From a virus: 64,000 bases of DNA. The position numbers and the translations under genes are program-made. The notes beneath the pieces are model-generated. The model did not search any database and was not told the DNA's origin. It saw nothing but the letters and a program-made list of their open reading frames with translations. Where the stretch lies: positions 19,526 through 83,525 of the IMG/VR virus record IMGVR_UViG_3300021962_007571. The stretch is one strand, 5' to 3'. Positions 10,701 to 20,728 of the stretch are shown here, piece by piece; position 1 is the first letter of the stretch, and each line of letters starts with the position of its first letter.

Positions 10701-11270
10701 TTAACAATTATTTAAAGATAAATTTAATTCTTCATTAAAGTTTAAAATTGTCGGCCAAAGATACTCAACACAGTAATTGGTTTGATTTATTATTTCAGTT
10801 TTAGACAAAGTTTCTTTTATTTTTTTATAATATTCTAAACTATTTTTTAATATTAATTTTTTAGATACTATACATTGGGCAGAACTAATAAATTTTATTG
10901 GTTGGTTATATGAAATATTATTTCTATTTGCATATTCTATTGTCTTTTCTAATTCATTACCGTCTCGAATATAAGTACAACCTAAAGGATAAAATTCGGT
11001 TTTAAAATCAAAACCATTAACTTTTTCAATAAACGACGGGCAATGGTCAAAAGGATAATCTTGAGAGAAACAAACATAGTCAGGTAAGTTTTCATAATTA
11101 TCTATCATATATGTTAGATACGCAATAGTGTCGAAACCAACATTAGGTAAATTATTTTCAAACTTACTATTATTTTCAGGATTTTTATTATAGACAATGT
11201 TAGGGTATTTTATATTACTTAACCATTCTAAATTTCTATTGTAATGACAAACAATTACTACCAAATCCAT
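10701..11270 (-). CDS. DUF3431-like (GT-related) protein
   Basis: HYN.NLEWL, LPNVG...AYL.Y.IDNY.NLPD...F.Q..PFDH, AQ.IVSK..I. Confidence 0.75.
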   Translation of the reverse strand: MDLVVIVCHYNRNLEWLSNIKYPNIVYNKNPENNSKFENNLPNVGFDTIAYLTYMIDNYENLPDYVCFSQDYPFDHCPSFIEKVNGFDFKTEFYPLGCTYIRDGNELEKTIEYANRNNISYNQPIKFISSAQCIVSKKLILKNSLEYYKKIKETLSKTEIINQTNYCVEYLWPTILNFNEELNLSLNNC

Positions 11271-11272
11271 TT

Positions 11273-12523
11273 TTATAATTTTCCTTCAATTTTATCACAC
11301 CATCCTTTAGATTCAGAATGAGGCCATACAACCCAATACGATGGTTTTTCTGCGGTTAAAAATTCTCTCCAAATTTTACAATAACCATCTTTATCATTCT
11401 TCAATCTATTGATTTCATTTTTATCGGCGTCTTTTCTATGTAAAGTTTCACCACCTTCTCTATGAAACGCAACCACCCAAAAATCGTAATCCGTTTCAGA
11501 TACTTGACTTAAACTAACATCAATACAATGTTTAAAAATTTGTGAAAAACTATTAATCCATTCTTCTTCATTTTCAAAATTATATGTGTTAGGAGGATAT
11601 TTTTTATCTAAAGTTTCTTGTTGTACTGCCCTTTTACCAAATAAAATACCCGCATATTTTTCATAGTCACGTAAAGTTCTTTCAGTACCAAAACCAAAAA
11701 TACCAAATTCTTCAGGGTCAAATACTTCACCATCCATACTAAATAATCTTCTATTTTTAGAATGTGAAAATTTATTCTTCTCTCCCCAAGTTTTATCATC
11801 ATCCCATTGTTTAGTTCTACCTTTACGAGTGTATTCGTGCCAACAAATAATTTTATGTGGGTGAAATAAATCATATCCGTGAGTATAAGCTCTTGCGGCA
11901 ATAGAAATTTCTTCACCGTGGAAATAAAATTCAGGGTCGTGTTGTACTTCTTTGGCAAACGAGCCTAAAGTAAATGCGAAATGTGCGGAATAGAACCTAC
12001 TCGGTACTGGTTCTTCTAAAGTATCCCAATTAGGGATTGTTTCAGGTAAAAAGAATATCGCGCCTTCAGGAATAAATCTATCAAAAGACATTCTCCAAGG
12101 AACCATAACTCTACCATTTGGGTCGTTCTCTGGGTCAAAAGAAGATACATAACTTGTTAGTAAAGGTTTTTTATAACCCTTTTCTTGTAGTTGTTTAATC
12201 ATATTAATAGACATCTCATCCCAATCTTGTTGAAATCTCATATGAGAATCTATTTGTAAAGTATACTCTTCTCCATCATATAACTGTTGAGTTAGATTTC
12301 TTGCCCAACAAACACCTTTAGACTCTTCATAAGGAATATTTAAAATTCTAAATCTATTATCATTTTCATACTCAGACAAATCATCAAACTTATCATTAGG
12401 GTGAAATTGTCTTGCAATTGAAAAAATTAAGTTCTCAGGATTTTTAGCCTTACTAATGGCATCCTTAATAGTTGGTATTAGTTGGGGGTCTCGATAAGAC
12501 GCAATTTGGATAAAAATTTTCAT
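11273..12523 (-). CDS. GT60-family polypeptide alpha-GlcNAc transferase (Skp1 Gnt1/TcOGNT-like)
   Basis: IFIQIASYRDP, GVCWAR, LQIDSHMRF..DWD, DP...F.GEEI...R.YTHGYD. Confidence 0.85.
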   Translation of the reverse strand: MKIFIQIASYRDPQLIPTIKDAISKAKNPENLIFSIARQFHPNDKFDDLSEYENDNRFRILNIPYEESKGVCWARNLTQQLYDGEEYTLQIDSHMRFQQDWDEMSINMIKQLQEKGYKKPLLTSYVSSFDPENDPNGRVMVPWRMSFDRFIPEGAIFFLPETIPNWDTLEEPVPSRFYSAHFAFTLGSFAKEVQHDPEFYFHGEEISIAARAYTHGYDLFHPHKIICWHEYTRKGRTKQWDDDKTWGEKNKFSHSKNRRLFSMDGEVFDPEEFGIFGFGTERTLRDYEKYAGILFGKRAVQQETLDKKYPPNTYNFENEEEWINSFSQIFKHCIDVSLSQVSETDYDFWVVAFHREGGETLHRKDADKNEINRLKNDKDGYCKIWREFLTAEKPSYWVVWPHSESKGWCDKIEGKL

Positions 12524-12576
12524 ATCATTATTTTAGATACTAAAATATAATAAACAAAGAGTGAATATAAATAAAA

Positions 12577-12601
12577 AATCCCCCAAGTTAGTTGGGGGAT
12601 T
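12577..12601 (-). terminator. Intrinsic terminator after the fibre-like gene
   Basis: AATCCCCCAA-gttag-TTGGGGGATT with A-run on the left. Confidence 0.75.
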
Positions 12602-12625
12602 GTCAAATATTGTGTGATGTTATTT

Positions 12626-13483
12626 TTAATATATTTTATTTAACACAAATATGTCAGAGTATATTGAATTTAAAGCACTATTACTACTAAATTCTACTGT
12701 AACATCTAACGTATTTGAAACCGTGGTATTAAATGTTGTGTTATTAACCGTATTAAAGGCAAAACCTTCAGGTGCCGCATTAGATTGCTTTGTGGTATGA
12801 AATACTCCAAGGGACACAATTTCTCCAACTCCAGCAACACCTGTGTTTCTAATTGTGAAATTTATTGAGAATTGCCATACGTCATTTACCGCACCATTCA
12901 TATTTTGAAGTCCACTATCAGCTAAAACAACTGAACCTGCTTTAACTCGTATTCTAATATCGTCGCCATTTCTTGATGATAACAAACCTCCAAAATCGGC
13001 TCTAAAACTATCTCCAATTTGGAATTGGTTAGGCCCTACAGTAAGGGTACCTACACCACCATTGATTATTGATGATTCTACAGTTGTGGCACTTACCACA
13101 ACACTGTTACCTGTTTGAGAAAATAAACCATATACCGTAGGGAATGGTGCTGGTGGAGCAGATGTTCCTGAAGAACCGCTAGTACCACTAGTTCCATCAG
13201 TACCTGAAGTACCACTAGTTCCATCAGTACCTGAAGTACCACTAGTTCCATCAGTACCTGAAGTACCACTAATACCATCTGTTCCAGAATTTCCTGAAGT
13301 CCCACTAGTACCATTATTACCTGAAATACCACTAGTACCTGAAGTCCCATTTTGAGTTACCGCAGAAAAAGGTATTGACTCAGTTTGTCCTGAAGCTACA
13401 GTATTGTAGTTTACGATAACCATCAAAGAATCTGAATATCCTGTGGTCGCTTTTGGTAATAATGATATTGGTAAATCCGCCAT
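12626..13483 (-). CDS. Collagen-like (Gly-Thr-Ser) fibre protein with a C-terminal beta-sandwich head
   Basis: ~21 consecutive G-X-Y triplets; N-terminal ISLLP anchor motif. Confidence 0.75.
   Translation of the reverse strand: MADLPISLLPKATTGYSDSLMVIVNYNTVASGQTESIPFSAVTQNGTSGTSGISGNNGTSGTSGNSGTDGISGTSGTDGTSGTSGTDGTSGTSGTDGTSGTSGSSGTSAPPAPFPTVYGLFSQTGNSVVVSATTVESSIINGGVGTLTVGPNQFQIGDSFRADFGGLLSSRNGDDIRIRVKAGSVVLADSGLQNMNGAVNDVWQFSINFTIRNTGVAGVGEIVSLGVFHTTKQSNAAPEGFAFNTVNNTTFNTTVSNTLDVTVEFSSNSALNSIYSDIFVLNKIY
13161..13350 (-). repeat. Gly-X-Y coding repeat including three perfect 27-bp units (GTSGTSGTD)
   Basis: AGTACCACTAGTTCCATCAGTACCTGA x3 from 13181. Confidence 0.9.
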
Positions 13484-13491
13484 TGTATTTT

Positions 13492-13749
13492 TTATTTTTT
13501 ATTTAATTCCATATAATATTGTAAACCTGACTTGTTATTAGGTACAATATTATCATCATTTAATTCGTTACTACCTAAATAAACAATCTCTTTTTCGATT
13601 GTGTAAAGGTCTAAGAATTTAGTTGTTTTTTTAATTTCTGTTTTAAAATCGGCAACTTTGATGTTGTCGTTTAAATCAAGCGAAGTAACGTAATTTTGTA
13701 TGTTACCCTCACCTTTTAGTTTTACTGTTATTTGTGTTTGATATCTCAT
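13492..13749 (-). CDS. Small ubiquitin-like (beta-grasp) protein, no C-terminal GG
   Basis: QITVK / LDLNDNIKVADFKTEI / IVYLGSNELNDD align by eye with ubiquitin QIFVK / LEVEPSDTIENVKAKI / LIFAGKQLEDG. Confidence 0.55.
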   Translation of the reverse strand: MRYQTQITVKLKGEGNIQNYVTSLDLNDNIKVADFKTEIKKTTKFLDLYTIEKEIVYLGSNELNDDNIVPNNKSGLQYYMELNKK

Positions 13750-13750
13750 A

Positions 13751-15802
13751 TTAGTCCCACCATATGTAATCGTTTATCATATCCCAACTGGTATATTCAT
13801 TGTCTATTGTAATTTGTTTTACTTCATCATTAGAAATCATAGTTAATAGATATTGACCATCAATATTATTTTTTACAACATATCTATCTTTAACTGCGTA
13901 AACATCGTTCCAATAATCATCTTCAATAAGAGTACTATTTAATAGTGCCCCGTTAAAATTGTATAGATTAACTCTTAAATTATCGGAGTTAGTAAGGTAA
14001 ACATATAAGAAGTTATCTTTACCAATTCTTAAATCTCTTTCACCAAAATCTTCAGGTAAAGTAAATTGATTACTTATTGAATCTTTAGTTAAAACTCTAG
14101 CGGTTGAATTTTGAGAATTATATAAAAGAATATTTGAATTTGTAGAATAGTATTCTTGAGTGTAATAATTAGTTGATGTATTAATATCATTATACACTTC
14201 TGTTTGTGTATACCCTGTTACTTGGTTATTAACATAGTAACCATCCTCGTAATTAGTCATATAAAAAGTTCCATAACTTGTTGAAATATTATACCAACTA
14301 GGTATTGGAAATCCTAATGAATCGACTAATTCACCGTTTAAGAATAATCTATGGTTAGCGTATGAGTCACCATCGGTAGTGTAACTATAATTAAAATAAT
14401 CACCAAACCAATTAGTATTCCATCCGTTTATATCATTATAACTTACATTTGTTGATGTGATATTAACACCATTTTCAGTTATTGAGAAAACCGATGAATT
14501 AGTGTCACCTGTCGAACATATTGTATAAAAAGTCTTATTTCCCCAAGAATAAGGATAAAAAGTTTTATCATTTGAACCGCTATTTTGGAAAGTATAGGTT
14601 GTAAGTTCGGTTTGATTTTCTAATCTATAAATAATATCTAAATAACTAACTTCATATCCACCACCTGTGTAATAATTCCCCGTACCGTTATATAAGATAA
14701 TAAAAATACCTCCAGAAGGAACATCGTCAGGATAAAATTTTGTTTCGTACTGAGTTGTTATATTAGTATAATTATTACCTCTTACGTGGGTTGTTGATGA
14801 AACGTAATCAGTAACACCGTTATAATTATTAATTAAATAATCAATATTATCATCATCACTATTCCACATAGTAATGTTAAATGATTTATCACCATACCAT
14901 TGAAAATACCACTGATTGTATGTGTTTGGTATTATTAATAAATCAGACTTTACTGTAAGTGACGTGTCGTAAATTTTTAGAGAACTAAGTGTATTATTAC
15001 TTATCAAATAAGATAATTCGTAAAAATAATTTGACGAATAATACGTACCATAATATCTTTGTTCAATAGTATAGTCCCAACTATTAATTAATTCGGTAGA
15101 ACCATTATTATTGACTTTATATGAATATGCCGTGTTATTGTCATTATTATAAATTACGAAAAAGAATGAACCGTCTTGACAAGTTCCGTCCCAATCCCAT
15201 TGAATATCTAAACTTTCATAATTTGAGTCAAATGTATATTGATAAACTGATTTACCGTTAAACCAATAAAATAACCCTCCATCAGGGTCTTGGAAATAAA
15301 CAATTCTACCATCTATTATACCAGAATTAGAGTCAAAGGTAGTTGCACTGAATTGTTCAACAACATTCCCATTAACATCAATAAACAATGATAAACGTTC
15401 AGTATAACCATCATTACGAAAATCTAATAAACAACCACTTTCAGATAATGGATACCAGTTGTTGATATTCCAATATGTCGTATCAACACCTAAATCTATA
15501 ATTTCAGCGGTAAAGTCGTTAAAGTTTAAGAACCCTAAACTAAAAGTTGTTTGACCTGAAACATTACCTAATTGCATATAATTTTGGTTTTGTCCGTAAG
15601 GCTCTGAAACTGTTAATGTATAAACATAATCGTATGTTGTTGATGAAATAGTATACTCACCATAAGGTAATTCACTATAATAATTGAAAGGTATTGTCTT
15701 AATACCTAAGTCAATTGGTGTTCCACCTGTCATTGGTTGGAACGTAACATTTGCGGTCTGTCCCGATAAATTATTACTTGTTATTCTAACTCCTATAGCC
15801 AT
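13751..15802 (-). CDS. Tyr/Asn/Thr-rich beta-structured virion protein (possible beta-propeller)
   Basis: Composition, fibre-operon context, late motif upstream. Confidence 0.55.
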   Translation of the reverse strand: MAIGVRITSNNLSGQTANVTFQPMTGGTPIDLGIKTIPFNYYSELPYGEYTISSTTYDYVYTLTVSEPYGQNQNYMQLGNVSGQTTFSLGFLNFNDFTAEIIDLGVDTTYWNINNWYPLSESGCLLDFRNDGYTERLSLFIDVNGNVVEQFSATTFDSNSGIIDGRIVYFQDPDGGLFYWFNGKSVYQYTFDSNYESLDIQWDWDGTCQDGSFFFVIYNNDNNTAYSYKVNNNGSTELINSWDYTIEQRYYGTYYSSNYFYELSYLISNNTLSSLKIYDTSLTVKSDLLIIPNTYNQWYFQWYGDKSFNITMWNSDDDNIDYLINNYNGVTDYVSSTTHVRGNNYTNITTQYETKFYPDDVPSGGIFIILYNGTGNYYTGGGYEVSYLDIIYRLENQTELTTYTFQNSGSNDKTFYPYSWGNKTFYTICSTGDTNSSVFSITENGVNITSTNVSYNDINGWNTNWFGDYFNYSYTTDGDSYANHRLFLNGELVDSLGFPIPSWYNISTSYGTFYMTNYEDGYYVNNQVTGYTQTEVYNDINTSTNYYTQEYYSTNSNILLYNSQNSTARVLTKDSISNQFTLPEDFGERDLRIGKDNFLYVYLTNSDNLRVNLYNFNGALLNSTLIEDDYWNDVYAVKDRYVVKNNIDGQYLLTMISNDEVKQITIDNEYTSWDMINDYIWWD

Positions 15803-15843
15803 TTTATTTTTTTATTTATAAATATCAATTGATATTATTTAGT

Positions 15844-18800
15844 TTATTGTATTAACCATTTATTTTTAAGATATAACGTTAACGTTGATAATTCTGTTGG
15901 TGATAACGCCCTACTATAAGCTAAAACGTCAAATAAAAATCCGTTTAAATAGAACTGAGCAACTCCCGCGGGAGCCCCTGTGTAGGAAACACCTAAGAAC
16001 ATATATGTAATTAATGATGAAGTTAATGTCCCTACATTTGAAGAAAAAGTTAATGATTGTTGAACCCCATTAATATAGAATTTAAGTCTATCAATATTTG
16101 TTAATCCTCCACCATCAAACACTAATGTTAATATACGAGCATCATTATTTACAATCCCACCGCTAGCAAAACCATTAGCAATGGCCACATTATATGTACC
16201 TCCACTTTGTCTAATGTAAGACGCGTTTAATCCTGTATTACCATCTTCACCTCCTTGGATATATTGTTGTGTGGTGCCAGTATTTAATGTTTTAGCAACT
16301 AATACTAAAGTCTGACCTGATTTGGATGATAAATCAGTTAATGGGTTAACACTTAAACCGTCCGAGGTACCATTAAAGTAAACCCCACCTAAACCATTTT
16401 GTATATTACTCCACCATTCAGGTGCAGGTACAGGTCCTCCGCCAATAGGGTTTGCGTTATGTGCGGAAGACGATGAGTCAGTCCATTGAGTAAATGTACT
16501 TCCACTTGTTGGTACTGGATTAAAATATGATGATAAATCACCTTGATAATATATTTCTAGTGTAGGGTCAGATGGAGGTGGTGGAGGTACTGGAGTCGGA
16601 GTAGGGGTTGGAGTCGGAGTAGGGGTTGGAGTTGATGTAGGTGTTGGTGTTGGAGGTATTGGGGTAGGTGTTGGTATTGGCGTTTCAGTAGATGTAGGTA
16701 TTGGCGTTTCAGTAGATGTTGGTGTAGGTATTGGCGTTTCAGTAGATGTTGGTGTAGGTATTGGCGTTTCAGTAGATGTAGGTATTGGCGTTTCAGTAGA
16801 TGTAGGTATTGGCGTTTCAGTAGATGTTGGTGTAGGTATTGGCGTTTCAGTAGATGTAGGTATTGGCGTTTCAGTAGATGTTGGTGTAGGTGTTGGCCCT
16901 ACTAATAACTCATACCAAATACAAACAGGTTCTCCCTCAATAAAATCAACAGGTGAAGGTTGGATTAATACTAATGGGGACGTTCCAGGATTAATACCTC
17001 CGTTTATTAAACCACCGAATTCATTTGAGAATGAAAATGGGTTACCTTGATAAATTGCGGTATTTTCATTTTGACTAAAATAGATTAAATAATTGTTTGT
17101 TAATAATTGTATATAATAATCATATAAATTATTCCCCTCATTATCTATAAAATTAAAATCAACTCCGTTTATATCAAAAGTATTTGGATTTAATATTCCT
17201 TGACCAGTCCCAAGATTTGAAAATTCAGGAAATATTATATTACCCTCTGTTGGGTAAAAATAAGGTAATGTTATTAAATTAAAACATCCGCCAGTTACTA
17301 CTAAAAATTCAGGTATAAAATCATTGTTAGGTATTATTTCAGAACCTAATCCATCGTTTGGTATGTGATTGTCGTAGAAATCATTAAATGGAATATAACC
17401 TCCATTTAAATCATTATTAGGAATATACCCACCATTTAAATCGTTATTAGGAATATACCCACCATTTAAATCGTTATTAGGAATATATTCTACATTTAAA
17501 TCATTATCTAATATATTGTCACTATCAATATCATTATTTGGTATGATTAAATAATTGATATCGTTTGGAGGTGTAGAGTTACATTGTATGATTAGCTTAT
17601 CACCATTTTCTTGTAAAACATAAAAACCATTTTCTTGTAATAAAAAACAATTTTCAATAGGAGTTGGTGTTGCAGTAGGTGTCGGAGTTGGTGTCGGAGT
17701 TGGTGTTATCGTAGGTGTAGGTGTCGGAGTTGGTGTTGGAGTTGGTATTATCGTAGTAGTAGTTGTAGTAAATGGATTGGTAGTAGTAGTTGTAGTAAAT
17801 GGATTGGTAGTAGTAGTTGTAGTAAATGGATTGGTAGTCGTAGTTGTGGTAAATGGATTGGTAGTCGTAGTTGTAGTAAATGGATTAGTGGTTGTAGTTG
17901 TGGTAAATGGATTAGTGGTTGTGGTCGTAATGATAACATCACAATCAGGACAATCAGGATTAAATAAATCAAAAGTATCTTTTAATAATAAGAAATTGTG
18001 TTTAACCTCATCGGCAGATAAAGGTTCAGTATACATTCTAAATTGCGTTATACCACCATCAAAAGAACCTGCAAAATTTTGTTCAATTAATATGTGTGTT
18101 GTTAGCGCAGATAATGATGTACCACTTAATATATTATTAGGAAAACACTCAGGGTCTTGTTGATATGTTAGTCCTGTTAATGTTTCAGGACAACCTGTGA
18201 ATGTTAAGTTATTATGTAATCCTTGTGTACCACCACCCCAAGATATATTGTAAGGAACACCAACCTGTCTTTCTTTTTCCGTATCAAGACCTCTTGGAAT
18301 AATTTCTTCAATATTTTCAAAAATGTAAAATACTCGTCCATTAACATAAACTTTTATTCTACCTTGTCTATATTCTTTTTCAATTAACCATCTTTCATTA
18401 AGTTTAACCACCTCTATTTTTTCAGGAGGGGTAGAACCACTACTAGTTACTGGCGGCTCAATTAACTTAACTGATTCATTAAGTAATGAAAACAAATAAG
18501 GGTTAGTTGATATTAAACCTAGACCCCCTTTATACCAAAGGTCACAAGTGTCTAACCAAGTATACCTTTCCCATACCAAATCTAACTGTACCCAATGTTC
18601 TTGACTTAAAAACGCAGGATTTATTTGTGCACAAAAATCGTAAATTCCTTTAGGTGTACATAAATTCTCGACAGTATATCCTGTTTGATAAGTTATTCCT
18701 GTCGTTGAACAAGTTCCTGTTGTAACACAATCACCAGTAAAACGTAAAATTCTAACACCTATTTGAGGGTTATGTGGGTCACCACAAAGTTTAAACGCCA

Positions 18801-19821
18801 AGGCATTTGACATTGAATCAAATAAAGGGTCTTTATCAGGTTCAATTTTTGTATCAATAGTTGCGGCACACCCACAATTACAATTTAGACCGTGAGAAAC
18901 TATTTCATTTGTTGGTTGGTATACTTCAATACAAGACGAATTAGTAACTCCTGTATCAGAACAAGCACAAGTTTTTAAACACGTTAAAGTTTCAGTAACT
19001 CTAGTGTAACCTGTATCAGATACAGGACTTCCACTTGCGTGGTGATAAAATTTATTTTCAGCTCTTGTACCTAAATAAAAGAAAATATCTTTGTTATTGG
19101 GATAAAAGTTATTTAGTGTCGTTTGACCTATTGGTGGATTATATTCATCAACAAATCTTGGTTTTAATAACAACTCAACGGTCCAACCTTTATTAACCCT
19201 TTCAGGATATAAAGTGTAGTCATACCCAAATAACTTATAAAATCCTTGGTAAAACCCTCCGTATAACTCGTGATAAACTCCGACCTTAGGGTCTTGTTTT
19301 GAAACTATATTATATGATATGTCTAAAGGTAATCCTGAAAATCTAATATTTGGAGATTGGGTATATCCTGTAACTTGGTGTAATTTTAATCTTCTGTCAA
19401 AATATAATCGTTCAAACTTTAAAAAGTCTGAGAACAATCCCTCAGTTACCGTAATTGTTTGTCCTGTCATTTCAGACACCAAACCATTATCAATACCCGT
19501 CAAACCAATATCACATATAGTTTTTGCGGTATAACAATTTAAATCAATATTATTAGGGTTATAATAATTTGATGAAACTAAGTTGTTATACTGATTATAT
19601 TGGTTAAATGTCAAAACAAATAACTCACTATTATCAGGATTATTTAAATCAAAACTAAATGGTAACCTATTTCCGTCATTTTCGGCAATTAGGTTTGGGG
19701 AAAAGATTACCTCCTCCTTATAGTCCCTCTCATCGGATGCCAAAGAAAAATCTTGTATTTCCGACTTATTTAGGAGATACCACTTATTAAAATTATATTG
19801 GTTTATATTTTGATATGCCAT
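15844..19821 (-). CDS. Large virion protein: Cys-rich LamG-like N-region, mucin-like Thr/Pro stalks, C-terminal LamG/ConA-like domain
   Basis: FDGGI..FRMY.EPLS..EV; (T6NPF)n, (PT)n, (TSTETPIP)n; C-terminal F.NG....YSRALS..E. Confidence 0.75.
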   Translation of the reverse strand: MAYQNINQYNFNKWYLLNKSEIQDFSLASDERDYKEEVIFSPNLIAENDGNRLPFSFDLNNPDNSELFVLTFNQYNQYNNLVSSNYYNPNNIDLNCYTAKTICDIGLTGIDNGLVSEMTGQTITVTEGLFSDFLKFERLYFDRRLKLHQVTGYTQSPNIRFSGLPLDISYNIVSKQDPKVGVYHELYGGFYQGFYKLFGYDYTLYPERVNKGWTVELLLKPRFVDEYNPPIGQTTLNNFYPNNKDIFFYLGTRAENKFYHHASGSPVSDTGYTRVTETLTCLKTCACSDTGVTNSSCIEVYQPTNEIVSHGLNCNCGCAATIDTKIEPDKDPLFDSMSNALAFKLCGDPHNPQIGVRILRFTGDCVTTGTCSTTGITYQTGYTVENLCTPKGIYDFCAQINPAFLSQEHWVQLDLVWERYTWLDTCDLWYKGGLGLISTNPYLFSLLNESVKLIEPPVTSSGSTPPEKIEVVKLNERWLIEKEYRQGRIKVYVNGRVFYIFENIEEIIPRGLDTEKERQVGVPYNISWGGGTQGLHNNLTFTGCPETLTGLTYQQDPECFPNNILSGTSLSALTTHILIEQNFAGSFDGGITQFRMYTEPLSADEVKHNFLLLKDTFDLFNPDCPDCDVIITTTTTNPFTTTTTTNPFTTTTTTNPFTTTTTTNPFTTTTTTNPFTTTTTTNPFTTTTTTIIPTPTPTPTPTPTITPTPTPTPTPTATPTPIENCFLLQENGFYVLQENGDKLIIQCNSTPPNDINYLIIPNNDIDSDNILDNDLNVEYIPNNDLNGGYIPNNDLNGGYIPNNDLNGGYIPFNDFYDNHIPNDGLGSEIIPNNDFIPEFLVVTGGCFNLITLPYFYPTEGNIIFPEFSNLGTGQGILNPNTFDINGVDFNFIDNEGNNLYDYYIQLLTNNYLIYFSQNENTAIYQGNPFSFSNEFGGLINGGINPGTSPLVLIQPSPVDFIEGEPVCIWYELLVGPTPTPTSTETPIPTSTETPIPTPTSTETPIPTSTETPIPTSTETPIPTPTSTETPIPTPTSTETPIPTSTETPIPTPTPIPPTPTPTSTPTPTPTPTPTPTPVPPPPPSDPTLEIYYQGDLSSYFNPVPTSGSTFTQWTDSSSSAHNANPIGGGPVPAPEWWSNIQNGLGGVYFNGTSDGLSVNPLTDLSSKSGQTLVLVAKTLNTGTTQQYIQGGEDGNTGLNASYIRQSGGTYNVAIANGFASGGIVNNDARILTLVFDGGGLTNIDRLKFYINGVQQSLTFSSNVGTLTSSLITYMFLGVSYTGAPAGVAQFYLNGFLFDVLAYSRALSPTELSTLTLYLKNKWLIQ
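16575..16897 (-). repeat. Coding tandem repeat (PT)TSTETPIP and PT runs
   Basis: GGTATTGGCGTTTCAGTAGATGT recurs about 8 times. Confidence 0.9.
17330..17545 (-). repeat. Coding 10-aa repeat (Y/I)IPNNDLNGG
   Basis: 30-bp unit CCATTTAAATC(G/A)TTATTAGGAATATA with degenerate flanking copies. Confidence 0.85.
17660..17930 (-). repeat. Coding repeats (TTTTTTNPF)x6 followed by (PT)n
   Basis: 27-bp unit GTAAATGGATT(G/A)GT(A/G)GT... Confidence 0.9.
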
Positions 19822-19870
19822 AATACATTGATAAATACTTTGTTCGCAGTATTTATATATAAAAACTAAA

Positions 19871-20728
19871 ATGGTAGAAACTAATAAAGAGTATTTTTTC
19901 AGTCCTTACTATTTTTTCATATCTGAAAAACACGATAAAATATCGTTATACTATTCTATTGCCGAAACTTTAACCGAATCAAGAAAAAATGACGATAAGT
20001 TAGATTTTGATAAAAAAGATTTGGATAAAGTAAAAAAAGGTGTGTCTAATATATTAAAAGACAAAAAAATCAAAACTAAAAGTAACATTAAAAAATATTT
20101 TGATAAACTTAACAAGGGTAAAGAAGAAATCGAAGAATTGGTTGATTCTGACGGAACTCTTGTAAGTTCAAGAATACCCCCTCTTAATATGGGATTGGCA
20201 CCTAAGAAGACTACCGACCAAACAGTAGTTATGGGTAGAATGACAAATAACCCCGTAACTAGAGGTTATAGAAAATACTATGGTGAATCTGAAGAATCAG
20301 AAGATAATGTAGTTAATGAAGTTGATTACTCAGAAGCTTTTGGTTACGAAGAAACTAAAGATATGGATGGAGAAGAAACGTTCAAATATTTAGTTAAAAA
20401 AATGGGTATGGAACCTGATGAAGCTAAAGACAGAACTAAACAATTTGGAAAAGACCCATCAGGTAAAAGGACAAAAAACGCACCTAAACAAATTAGAAAC
20501 AAAAAAGGATTTATCGATAGAATGACTTTATCTGAAATTGAAAGACAAAAGATGATGGACATTTTAGATGAAATTATTTTGAATAAAAAAAGTGGTGATG
20601 GTGAGTTGGGAGAGAAAGACAGTAAAGTTTCCAAGATAATTAAAAAAAATATCGAGTCTTTAAAAAAGATGGCAGATAAAGAAGGTCTTACCATAAATCA
20701 AATAATTAAAATGTTAAAAAGTGAATAA
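19871..20728 (+). CDS. Hypothetical charged protein (possible internal head protein)
   Basis: Long ORF, late motif upstream, LTE/VNE/LSE motifs. Confidence 0.6.
   Translation: MVETNKEYFFSPYYFFISEKHDKISLYYSIAETLTESRKNDDKLDFDKKDLDKVKKGVSNILKDKKIKTKSNIKKYFDKLNKGKEEIEELVDSDGTLVSSRIPPLNMGLAPKKTTDQTVVMGRMTNNPVTRGYRKYYGESEESEDNVVNEVDYSEAFGYEETKDMDGEETFKYLVKKMGMEPDEAKDRTKQFGKDPSGKRTKNAPKQIRNKKGFIDRMTLSEIERQKMMDILDEIILNKKSGDGELGEKDSKVSKIIKKNIESLKKMADKEGLTINQIIKMLKSE

Noticed and set aside
16575-17930. Tandem repeats as CRISPR or origin iterons
   Set aside because: All units are multiples of 3 and in frame within the 1325-aa gene
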